The notes under the pieces were generated by a model. That model did no database searches and was not told the origin of the DNA. It saw only the letters and a program-made list of their open reading frames with translations. A stretch of DNA of 64,000 nt. It comes from Eledone cirrhosa. Lineage: Eukaryota. The stretch's first letter is position 1. Each line of letters starts with the position of its first letter. The stretch is from NCBI GenBank assembly GCA_964016885.1, contig CAXHJY010001588.1, positions 308-64,307 of the forward strand, written 5' to 3'. Made by a program: the position numbers and the translations under genes. Below, in pieces: positions 12,001-22,890 of this stretch.

Positions 12001-14400
12001 TCCTAAGCTAAGCTATCCTAAGCTAAGCTATCCTAAGCTAAGCTATCCTAAGCTATCCTAAGCTAAGCTATCCTAAGCTATCCTAAGCTAAGCTATCCTA
12101 AGCTAAGCTATCCTAAGCTAAGCTATCCTAAGCTATCCTAAGCTAAGCTATCCTAAGCTATCCTAAGCTAAGCTATCCTAAGCTATCCTAAGCTAAGCTA
12201 AGCTAAGCTATCCTAAGCTAAGCTAAGCTAAGCTATCCTAAGCTAAGCTAAGCTAAGCTATCCTAAGCTAAGCTAAGCTAAGCTATCCTAAGCGATCCTA
12301 AGCTAAGCTATCCTAAGCTAAGCTATCCTAAGCTATCCTAAGCTAAGCAATCCTAAGCTATCCTAAGCTAAGCTATCCTAAGCTAAGCTATCCTAAGCTA
12401 TCCTAAGCTAAGCTATCCTAAGCTATCCTAAGCTAAGCTATCCTAAGCTATCCTAAGCTAAGCTAAGCTAAGCTAACCTAAGCTAAGCTATCCTAAGCTA
12501 AGCTAAGCTAAGCTATCCTAAGCTAAGCTAAGCTAAGCTATCCTAAGCTATCCTAAGCTAAGCTATCCTAAGCTAAGCTATCCTAAGCTAAGCTATCCTA
12601 AGCTATCCTAAGCTAAGCTATCCTAAGCTAAGCTCTCCTAAGGTAAGCTATCCTAAGCTATCCTAAGCTAAGCTATCCTAAGCTATCCTAAGCTAAGCTA
12701 AGCTAAGCTATCCTAAGCTAAGCTAAGCTAAGCTACCTAAGCTAAGCTAAGCTAAGCTATCCTAAGCTAAGCTAAGCTAAGCTATCCTAAGCTAAGCTAA
12801 GCTCTCCTAAGCTAAGCTAAGCTAAGCTATCCTAAGCTAAGCTAAGCTTTCCTAAGCTAAGCTAAGCTAAGCTATCCTAAGCTAAGCTAATCTATCCTAA
12901 GCTAAGCTAAGCTAAGCTATCCTAAGCTAAGCTAAGCTAAGCTATCCTAAGCTAAGCTAAGCTAAGCTATCCTAAGCTAAGCTAAGCTAAGCTATCCTAA
13001 GCTAAGCTAAGCTAAGCTATCCTAAGCTAAGCTAAGCTAAGCTATCCTAAGCTAAGCTAAGCTAAGCTATCCTAAGCTAAGCTATCCTAAGCTAAGCTAA
13101 GCTATCCTAAGCTAAGCTAAGCTAAGCTATCCTAAGCTAAGCTAAGCTAAGCTATCCTAAGCTAAGCTAAGCTATCCTAAGCTAAGCTAAGCTAAGCTAT
13201 CCTAAGCTAAGCTAAGCTAAGCTATCCTAAGCTAAGCTAAGCTAAGCTATCCTAAGCTATCCTAAGCTATCCTAAGCTAAGCTATCCTAAGCTATCCTAA
13301 GCTAAGCTAAGCTAAGCTATCCTAAGCTAAGCTAAGCTAAGCTATCCTAAGCTAAGCTAAGCTAAGCTATCCTAAGCTAAGCTAAGCTAAGCTATCCTAA
13401 GCTATCCTAAGCTAAGCTATCCTAAGCTAAGCTATTCTAAGCTATCCTAAGCTAAGCTATCCTAAGCTATCCTAAGCTAAGCTATCCTAAGCTAAGCTAT
13501 CCTAAGCTATCCTAAGCTAAGCTATCCTAAGCTAAGCTAAGCTAAGCTAACCTAAGCTAAGCTATCCTAAGCTAAGCTAAGCTAAGCTATCCTAAGCTAA
13601 GCTAAGCTAAGCTATCCTAAGCTATCCTAAGCTAAGCTATCCTAAGCTAAGCTATCCTAAGCTAAGCTATCCTAAGCTATCCTAAGCTAAGCTATCCTAA
13701 GCTAAGCTAAGCTAAGCTATCCTAAGCTAAGCTATCCTAAGCTATCCTAAGCTAAGCTAAGCTAAGCTAACCTAAGCTAAGCTATCCTAAGCTAAGCTAT
13801 CCTAAGCTAAGCTATCCTAAGCTATCCTAAGCTAAGCTATCCTAAGCTATCCTAAGCTAACCTAAGCTAAGCTATCCTAAGCTAAGCTAAGCTAAGCTAT
13901 CCTAAGCTAAGCTAAGCTAAGCTATCCTAAGCTAAGCTAAGCTAAACTATCCTAAGCTAAGCTAAGCTAAGCTATCCTAAGCTATCCTAAGCTAAGCTAT
14001 CCTAAGCTAAGCTAAGCTAAGCTATCCTAAGCTAAGCTAAGCTAAGCTATCCTAAGCTAAGCTAAGCTAAGCTATCCTAAGCTAAGCTATCCTAAGCTAT
14101 CCTAAGCTAAGCTAAGCTAAGCTAACCTAAGCTAAGCTATCCTAAGCTAAGCTATCCTAAGCTAAGCTATCCTAAGCTAAGCTAAGCTAAGCTTTCCTAA
14201 GCTAAGCTAAGCTGAGCTATCCTAAGCTAAGCTAAGCTATCCTAAGCTAAGCTAAGCTAAGCTATCCTAAGCTAAGCTAAGCTAAGCTATCCTAAGCTAA
14301 GCTAAGCTAAGCTATCCTAAGCTAAGCTAAGCTATCCTAAGCTAAGCTAAGCTAAGCTATCCTAAGCTAAGCTAAGCTAAGCTATCCTAAGCTATCCTAA
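1..14400 (+). repeat. Copy 1 of a long segmental duplication within the satellite (partner at ~24,890-41,450)
   Basis: Collinear rare variants: CTAAA 427/25314, CTATT 472/25359, TTAAG 507/25394, GTAAG cassettes 1332/26229, 2301/27198, 5630/30507, 9369/34246, 10119/35001 (offset 24,877-24,897). After a 2.1-kb internal duplication in the partner: 12633/39659 and CTGAG 14212/41243. Confidence 0.88.
530..2460 (+). repeat. Tandem duplication of a ~965-970 bp unit (2 copies)
   Basis: Same ordered variants recur: CTGTC 632/1596, CCAAG 787/1751, CTAAC 1172/2141, CTCTC-CTAAG-GTAAG 1332/2301, CTAC deletion 1462/2431 (offsets 964-969). Confidence 0.9.
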
Positions 14401-17400
14401 GCTAAGCTATCCTAAGCTAAGCTATCCTAAGCTATCCTAAGCTAAGCTATCCTAAGCTAAGCTAAGCTATCCTAAGCTAAGCTATCCTAAGCTAAGCTAT
14501 CCTAAGCTATCCTAAGCTAAGCTATCCTAAGCTATCCTAAGCTAAGCTATCCTAAGCTATCCTAAGCTAAGCTATCCTAAGCTATCCTAAGCTAAGCTAA
14601 GCTAAGCTATCCTAAGCTAAGCTAAGCTAAGCTAAGCTATCCTAAGCTAAGCTAAGCTAAGCTAAGCTATCCTAAGCTAAGCTAAGCTAAGCTATCCTAA
14701 GCTATCCTAAGCTAAGCTATCCTAAGCTAAGCTATCCTAAGCTATCCTAAGCTAAGCTATCCTAAGCTATCCTAAGCTAAGCTCTCCTAAGCTAAGCTAT
14801 CCAAAGCTAAGCTATCCTAAGCTATCCTAAGCTAAGCTATCCTAAGCTATCCTAAGCTAAGCTAAGCTAAGCTATCCTAAGCTAAGCTAAGCTAAGCTAT
14901 CCTAAGCTAAGCTAAGCTAAGCTTTCCTAAGCTATCCTAAGCTAAGCTATTCTAAGCTAAGCTATCCTAAGCTATCCTAAGCTAAGCTATCCTAAGCTAT
15001 CCTAAGCTAAGCTATCCTAAGCTATCCTAAGCTAAGCTATCCTAACCTAAGCTATCCTAAGCTATCCTAAGCTAAGCTATCCTAAGCTATCCTAAGCTAA
15101 GCTATCCTAAGCTATCCTAAGCTAAGCTAAGCTAAGCTATCCTAAACTAAGCTAAGCTATCCTAAGCTAAGCTAAGCTAAGCTATCCTAAGCTAAGCTAA
15201 GCTAAGCTAAGCTAAGCTATCCTAAGCTAAGCTAAGCTAAGCTAAGCTATCCTAAGCTAAGCTAAGCTAAGCTAAGCTATCCTAAGCTAAGCTAAGCTAA
15301 GCTAAGCTAAGCTAAGCTATCCTAAGCTAAGCTAAGCTAAGCTATCCTAAGCCAAGCTAAGCTAAGCTATCCTAAGCCAAGCTAAGCTAAGCTATCCTAA
15401 GCTAAGCTAAGCTAAGCTATCCTAAGCTAAGCTAAGCTAAGCTATCCTAAGCTAAGCTAAGCTAAGCTATCCTAAGCTAAGCTAAGCTAAGCTATACTAA
15501 GCTAAGCTAAGCTAAGCTATACTAAGCTAAGCTAAGCTAAGCTATCCTAAGCTAAGCTAAGCTAAGCTATCCTAAGCTAAGCTAAGCTAAGCTATCCTAA
15601 GCTAAGCTAAGCTATCCTAAGCTAAGCTATCCTAAGCTAAGCTAAGCTAAGCTATCCTAAGCTAAGCTAAGCTAAGCTATCCTAAGCTAAGCTAAGCTAT
15701 CCTAAGCTAAGCTAAGCTAAGCTATCCTAAGCTAAGCTAAGCTATTTTAAGCTAAGCTAAGCTAAGCTATCCTAAGCTAAGCTAAGCTAAGCTATCCTAA
15801 GCTAAGCTAAGCTAAACTATCCTAAGCTAAGCTAAGCTATCCTAAGCTAAGCTAAGCTAAGCTAAGCTAAGCTAAGCTAAGCTAAGCTTTCCTAAGCTAT
15901 CCTAAGCTAAGCTATCCTAAGCTAAGCTAAGCTAAGCTATCCTAAGCTAAGCTAAGCTATCCTAAGCTAAGCTAAGCTAAGCTATCCTAAGCTAAGCTAT
16001 CCTAAGCTATCCTAAGCTAAGCTATCCTAAGCTATCCTAAGCTAAGCTATCATAAGCTAAGCTATTCTAAGCTAAGCTAAGCTAAGCTATCCTAAGCTAA
16101 GCTAAGCTAAGCTATCCTAAGCTAAGCTAAGCTAAGCTATCCTAAGCTAAGCTAAGCTAAGCTATCCTAAGCTAAGCTAAGCTAAGCTATCCTAAGCTAA
16201 GCTAAGCTAAGCTATCCTAAGCTAAGTTAAGCTATCCTAAGCTAAGCTAAGCTAAGCTAAGCTATCCTAAGCTATCCTAAGCTATCCTAAGCTAAGCTAT
16301 CCTAAGCTAAGCTATCCTAAGCTAAGCTATCCTAAGCTATCCTAAGCTAAGCTATCCTAAGCTATCCTAAGCTAACCTAAGCTAAGCTATCCTAAGCTAA
16401 GCTAAGCTAAGCTATCCTAAGCTAAGCTAAGCTATCCTAAGCTAAGCTAAGCTAAACTATCCTAAGCTAAGCTAAGCTAAGCTATCCTAAGCTATCCTAA
16501 GCTAAGCTATCCTAAGCTAAGCTAAGCTAAGCTATCCTAAGCTAAGCTAAGCTAAGCTATCCTAAGCTAAGCTAAGCTATCCTAAGCTAAGCTATCCTAA
16601 GCTATCCTAAGCTAAGCTAAGCTAAGCTAACCTAAGCTAAGCTATCCTAAGCTAAGCTATCCTAAGCTAAGCTATCCTAAGCTAAGCTAAGCTAAGCTTT
16701 CCTAAGCTAAGCTAAGCTGAGCTATCCTAAGCTAAGCTAAGCTATCCTAAGCTAAGCTAAGCTAAGCTATCCTAAGCTAAGCTAAGCTAAGCTATCCTAA
16801 GCTAAGCTAAGCTAAGCTATCCTAAGCTAAGCTAAGCTATCCTAAGCTAAGCTAAGCTAAGCTATCCTAAGCTAAGCTAAGCTAAGCTATCCTAAGCTAT
16901 CCTAAGCTAAGCTATCCTAAGCTAAGCTATCCTAAGCTATCCTAAGCTAAGCTATCCTAAGCTAAGCTAAGCTAAGCTATCCTAAGCTAAGCTATCCTAA
17001 GCTAAGCTATCCTAAGCTATCCTAAGCTAAGCTATCCTAAGCTATCCTAAGCTAAGCTATCCTAAGCTATCCTAAGCTAAGCTATCCTAAGCTATCCTAA
17101 GCTAAGCTAAGCTATCCTAAGCTAAGCTAAGCTAAGCTAAGCTATCCTAAGCTAAGCTAAGCTAAGCTAAGCTATCCTAAGCTAAGCTAAGCTAAGCTAT
17201 CCTAAGCTATCCTAAGCTAAGCTATCCTAAGCTAAGCTATCCTAAGCTATCCTAAGCTAAGCTATCCTAAGCTATCCTAAGCTAAGCTCTCCTAAGCTAA
17301 GCTATCCAAAGCTAAGCTATCCTAAGCTATCCTAAGCTAAGCTATCCTAAGCTATCCTAAGCTAAGCTAAGCTAAGCTATCCTAAGCTAAGCTAAGCTAA

Positions 17401-18780
17401 GCTATCCTAAGCTAAGCTAAGCTAAGCTTTCCTAAGCTATCCTAAGCTAAGCTATTCTAAGCTAAGCTATCCTAAGCTATCCTAAGCTAAGCTATCCTAA
17501 GCTATCCTAAGCTAAGCTATCCTAAGCTATCCTAAGCTAAGCTATCCTAACCTAAGCTATCCTAAGCTATCCTAAGCTAAGCTATCCTAAGCTATCCTAA
17601 GCTAAGCTATCCTAAGCTATCCTAAGCTAAGCTAAGCTAAGCTATCCTAAACTAAGCTAAGCTATCCTAAGCTAAGCTAAGCTAAGCTATCCTAAGCTAA
17701 GCTAAGCTAAGCTAAGCTAAGCTATCCTAAGCTAAGCTAAGCTAAGCTAAGCTATCCTAAGCTAAGCTAAGCTAAGCTAAGCTATCCTAAGCTAAGCTAA
17801 GCTAAGCTAAGCTAAGCTAAGCTATCCTAAGCTAAGCTAAGCTAAGCTATCCTAAGCCAAGCTAAGCTAAGCTATCCTAAGCCAAGCTAAGCTAAGCTAT
17901 CCTAAGCTAAGCTAAGCTAAGCTATCCTAAGCTAAGCTAAGCTAAGCTATCCTAAGCTAAGCTAAGCTAAGCTATCCTAATCTAAGCTAAGCTAAGCTAT
18001 CCTAAGCTAAGCTAAGCTAAGCTATACTAAGCTAAGCTAAGCTAAGCTATCCTAAGCTAAGCTAAGCTAAGCTATCCTAAGCTAAGCTAAGCTAAGCTAT
18101 CCTAAGCTAAGCTAAGCTATCCTAAGCTAAGCTATCCTAAGCTAAGCTAAGCTAAGCTATCCTAAGCTAAGCTAAGCTAAGCTATCCTAAGCTAAGCTAA
18201 GCTATCCTAAGCTAAGCTAAGCTAAGCTATCCTAAGCTAAGCTAAGCTATCCTAAGCTAAGCTAAGCTAAGCTATCCTAAGCTAAGCTAAGCTAAGCTAT
18301 CCTAAGCTAAGCTAAGCTAAACTATCCTAAGCTAAGCTAAGCTATCCTAAGCTAAGCTAAGCTAAGCTAAGCTAAGCTAAGCTAAGCTAAGCTTTCCTAA
18401 GCTATCCTAAGCTAAGCTATCCTAAGCTAAGCTAAGCTAAGCTATCCTAAGCTAAGCTAAGCTATCCTAAGCTAAGCTAAGCTAAGCTATCCTAAGCTAA
18501 GCTATCCTAAGCTATCCTAAGCTAAGCTATCCTAAGCTATCCTAAGCTAAGCTATCCTAAGCTAAGCTATTCTAAGCTAAGCTAAGCTAAGCTATCCTAA
18601 GCTAAGCTAAGCTATCCTAAGCTAAGCTAAGCTAAGCTATCCTAAGCTAAGCTAAGCTAAGCTATCCTAAGCTAAGCTAAGCTAAGCTATCCTAAGCTAA
18701 GTTAAGCTATCCTAAGCTAAGCTAAGCTAAGCTAAGCTATCCTAAGCTATCCTAAGCTATCCTAAGCTAACCTAAGCTAA
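13780..18780 (+). repeat. Tandem duplication of a ~2.4-2.5 kb unit (2 copies) lacking the GTAAG cassette and containing long pure CTAAG runs
   Basis: CTAAC 13857/16372, CTAAA 13942/16452, CTGAG 14212/16717, CAAAG 14802/17307 (offsets 2505-2515). Both copies carry a (CTAAG)9-CTTTC run (from 15842 and ~18347). Confidence 0.88.
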
Positions 18781-19099
18781 GCTATCCTAAGCTAAGCTAA
18801 GCTAAGCTATCCTAAGCTAAGCTAAGCTAAGCTATCCTAAGCTAAGCTAAGCTATCCTAAGCTAAGCTAAGCTATCCTAAGCTAAGCTAAGCTAAGCTAT
18901 CCTAAGCTATCCTAAGCTAAGCTATCCTAAGCTAAGCTAAGCTAAGCTATCCTAAGCTAAGCTAGGCTAAGCTATCCTAAGCTAAGCTAAGCTAAGCTAT
19001 CCTAAGCTAAGCTAAGCTATCCTAAGCTAAGCTAAGCTAAGCTATCCTAAGCTAAGCTAAGCTAAGCTATCCTAAGCTATCCTAAGCTAAGCTATCCTA

Positions 19100-22000
19100 A
19101 GCTAAGCTAAGCTAAGCTATCCTAAGCTAAGCTAAGCTAAGCTATCCTAAGCTAAGCTAAGCTATCCTAAGCTAAGCTAAGCTAAGCTATCCTAAGCTAA
19201 GCTAAGCTAAGCTATCCTAAGCTATCCTAAGCTAAGCTATCCTAAGCTAAGCTATCCTAAGCTATCCTAAGCTAAGCTATCCTAAGCTAAGCTAAGCTAA
19301 GCTATCCTAAGCTAAGCTATCCTAAGCTAAGCTATCCTAAGCTATCCTAAGCTAAGCTATCCTAAGCTATCCTAAGCTAAGCTAAGCTAAGCTAAGCTAA
19401 GCTAAGCTATCCTAAGCTAAGCTAAGCTAAGCTATCCTAAGCTAAGCTAATCTAAGCTATCCTAAGCTATCCTAAGCTAAGCTATCCTAAGCTAAGCTAT
19501 CCTAAGCTATCCTAAGCTAAGCTATCCTAAGCTATCCTAAGCTAAGCTATCCTAAGCTAAGCTATCCTAAGCTAAGCTATCCTAAGCTATCCTAAGCTAA
19601 GCTATCCTAAGCTATCCTAAGCTAAGCTAAGCTAAGCTATCCTAAGCTAAGCTAAGCTAAGCTATCCTAAGCTAAGCTAAGCTAAGCTTTCCTAAGCTAT
19701 CCTAAGCTAAGCTATCCTAAGCTAAGCTATCCTAAGCTATCCTAAGCTAAGCTATCCTAAGCTATCCTAAGCTAAGCTATCCTAAGCTATCCTAAGCTAA
19801 GCTACCCTAACCTAAGCTATCCTAAGCTATCCTAAGCTAAGCTATCCTAAGCTATCCTAAGCTAAGCTATCCTAAGCTATCCTAAGCTAAGCTAAGCTAA
19901 GCTATCCTAAGCTAAGCTAAGCTTTCCTAAGCTAAGCTAAGCTAAGCTATCCTAAGCTAAGCTAATCTATCCTAAGCTAAGCTAAGCTAAGCTATCCTAA
20001 GCTAAGCTAAGCTAAGCTATCCTAAGCTAAGCTAAGCTAAGCTATCCTAAGCTAAGCTAAGCTATCCTAAGCTAAGCTAAGCTATCCTAAGCTAAGCTAA
20101 GCTAAGCTATCCTAAGCTAAGCTAAGCTAAGCTATCCTAAGCTAAGCTAAGCTATCCTAAGCTAAGCTAAGCTATCCTAAGCTAAGCTAAGCTAAGCTAT
20201 CCTAAGCTAAGCTAAGCTAAGCTATCCTAAGCTAAGCTAAGCTAAGCTATCCTAAGCTATCCTAAGCTATCCTAAGCTAAGCTAAGCTAAGCTATCCTAA
20301 GCTAAGCTAAGCTAAGCTATCCTAAGCTAAGCTAAGCTAAGCTATCCTAAGCTAAGCTAAGCTATCCTAAGCTAAGCTAAGCTAAGCTATCCTAAGCTAA
20401 GCTAAGCTAAGCTATCCTAAGCTATCCTAAGCTAAGCTATCCTAAGCTAAGCTAAGCTAAGCTATCCTAAGCTAAGCTAAGCTAAGCTATCCTAAGCTAA
20501 GCTAAGCTAAGCTATCCTAAGCTAAGCTAAGCTAAGCTATCCTAAGCTAAGCTATCCTAAGCTATCCTAAGCTAAGCTAAGCTAAGCTAACCCAAGCTAA
20601 GCTATCCTAAGCTAAGCTATCCTAAGCTAAGCTATCCTAAGCTAAGCTAAGCTAAGCTATCCTAAGCTAAGCTAAGCTATCCTAAGCTAAGCTAAGCTAA
20701 GCTGTCCTAAGCTAAGCTAAGCTAAGCTATCCTAAGCTAAGCTAAGCTAAGCTATCCTAAGCTAAGCTAAGCTATCCTAAGCTAAGCTAAGCTAAGCTAT
20801 CCTAAGCTAAGCTAAGCTAAGCTATCCTAAGCTAAGCTAAGCTAAGCTATCCTAAGCTATCCTAAGCTATCCTAAGCTAAGCTATCCTAAGCTAAGCTAT
20901 CCTAAGCTATCCTAAGCTAAGCTAAGCTAAGCAATCCTAAGCTAAGCTAAGCTATCCTAAGCTAAGCTAAGCTAAGCTATCCTAAGCTAAGCTAAGCTAA
21001 GATATCCTAAGCTATCCTAAGCTAAGCTATCCTAAGCTAAGCTATCCTAAGCTATCCTAAGCTAAGCTATCCTAAGCTATCCTAAGCTAAGCTATCCTAA
21101 GCTAAGCTATCCTAAGCTATCCTAAGCTATCCTAAGCTAAGCTATCCTAAGCTAAGCTAAGCTAAGCTAAGCTAACCTAAGCTAAGCTATCCTAAGCTAA
21201 GCTAAGCTAAGCTATCCTAAGCTAAGCTAAGCTAAGCTATCCTAAGCTATCCTAAGCTAAGCTATCCTAAGCTAAGCTATCCTAAGCTAAGCTATCCTAA
21301 GCTATCCTAAGCTAAGCTATCCTAAGCTAAGCTCTCCTAAGGTAAGCTATCCTAAGCTATCCTAAGCTAAGCTATCCTAAGCTATCCTAAGCTAAGCTAA
21401 GCTAAGCTCTCCTAAGCTAAGCTAAGCTAAGCTATCCTAAGCTAAGCTAAGCTAAGCTAAGCTATCCTAAGCTAAGCTAAGCTAAGCTACCTAAGCTAAG
21501 CTAAGCTATCCTAAGCTAAGCTAAGCTATCCTAAGCTAAGCTAAGCTAAGCTCTCCTAAGCTAAGCTAAGCTAAGCTATCCTAAGCTAAGCTAAGCTTTC
21601 CTAAGCTAAGCTAAGCTAAGCTATCCTAAGCTAAGCTAATCTATCCTAAGCTAAGATAAGCTAAGCTATCCTAAGCTAAGCTAAGCTAAGCTATCCTAAG
21701 CTAAGCTAAGCTAAGCTATCCTAAGCTAAGCTAAGCTAAGCTATCCTAAGCTAAGCTAAGCTAAGCTATCCTAAGCTAAGCTAAGCTATCCTAAGCTAAG
21801 CTAAGCTAAGCTATCCTAAGCTAAGCTAAGCTATCCTAAGCTAAGCTAAGCTAAGCTATCCTAAGCTATCCTAAGCTATCCTAAGCTAAGCTAAGCTAAG
21901 CTATCCTAAGCTAAGCTAAGCTAAGCTATCCTAAGCTAAGCTAAGCTAAGCTATCCTAAGCTAAGCTAAGCTATCCTAAGCTAAGCTAAGCTAAGCTATC

Positions 22001-22890
22001 CTAAGCTAAGCTAAGCTAAGCAATCCTAAGCTATCCTAAGCTAAGCTATCCTAAGCTAAGCTAAGCTAAGCTATCCTAAGCTAAGCTAAGCTAAGCTATC
22101 CTAAGCTAAGCTAAGCTAAGTTATCCTAAGCTAAGCTATCCTAAGCTATCCTAAGCTAAGCTAAGCTAAGCTAACCTAAGCTAAGCTATCCTAAGCTAAG
22201 CTATCCTAAGCTAAGCTATCCTAAGCTAAGCTAAGCTAAGCTATCCTAAGCTAAGCTAAGCTAAGCTATCCTAAGCTAAGCTAAGCTATCCTAAGCTAAG
22301 CTAAGCTAAGCTATCCTAAGCTAAGCTAAGCTAAGCTATCCTAAGCTAAGCTAAGCTATCCTAAGCTAAGCTAAGCTAAGCTATCCTAAGCTAAGCTAAG
22401 CTAATCTATCCTAAGCTATCCTAAGCTAAGCTATCCTAACCTAAGATATCCTAAGCTATCCTAAGCTAAGCTATCCTAAGCTAAGCTAAGCTAAGCTATC
22501 CTAAGCTAAGCTATCCTAAGCTAAGCTATCCTAAGCTATCCTAAGCTAAGCTATCCTAAGCTATCCTAAGCTAAGCTATCCTAAGCTATCCTAAGCTAAG
22601 CTATCCTAAGCTATCCTAAGCTAAGCTAAGCTATCCTAAGCTAAGCTAAGCTAAGCTAAGCTATCCTAAGCTAAGCTAAGCTATCCTAAGCTAAGCTAAG
22701 CTAAGCTATCCTAAGCTATCCTAAGCTAAGCTACCTAAGCTAAGCTATCCTAAGCTATCCTAAGCTAAGCTATCCTAAGCTATCCTAAGCTAAGCTATCC
22801 TAAGCTAAGCTATCCTAAGCTAAGCTATCCTAAGCTATCCTAAGCTAAGCTATCCTAAGCTATCCTAAGCTAAGCTAAGCTAAGCTATCC
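19100..22890 (+). repeat. Partial second copy of ~3,400-7,190 at ~15.7 kb offset
   Basis: CTAAC-CCAAG 4880/20587, CAATC 5225/20932, GTAAG cassette 5630/21332, CTAC deletion 5785/21487, CTAAC-CTAAG-ATATC 6739/22436 (offsets 15,697-15,707). Confidence 0.87.

Noticed and set aside
19802-19816. CCCTAA-CCTAA (vertebrate plus insect telomere words) here and at 60214
   Set aside because: A single T->C change in a B-CTAAC-A context, duplicated once; expected by chance in this sequence space.
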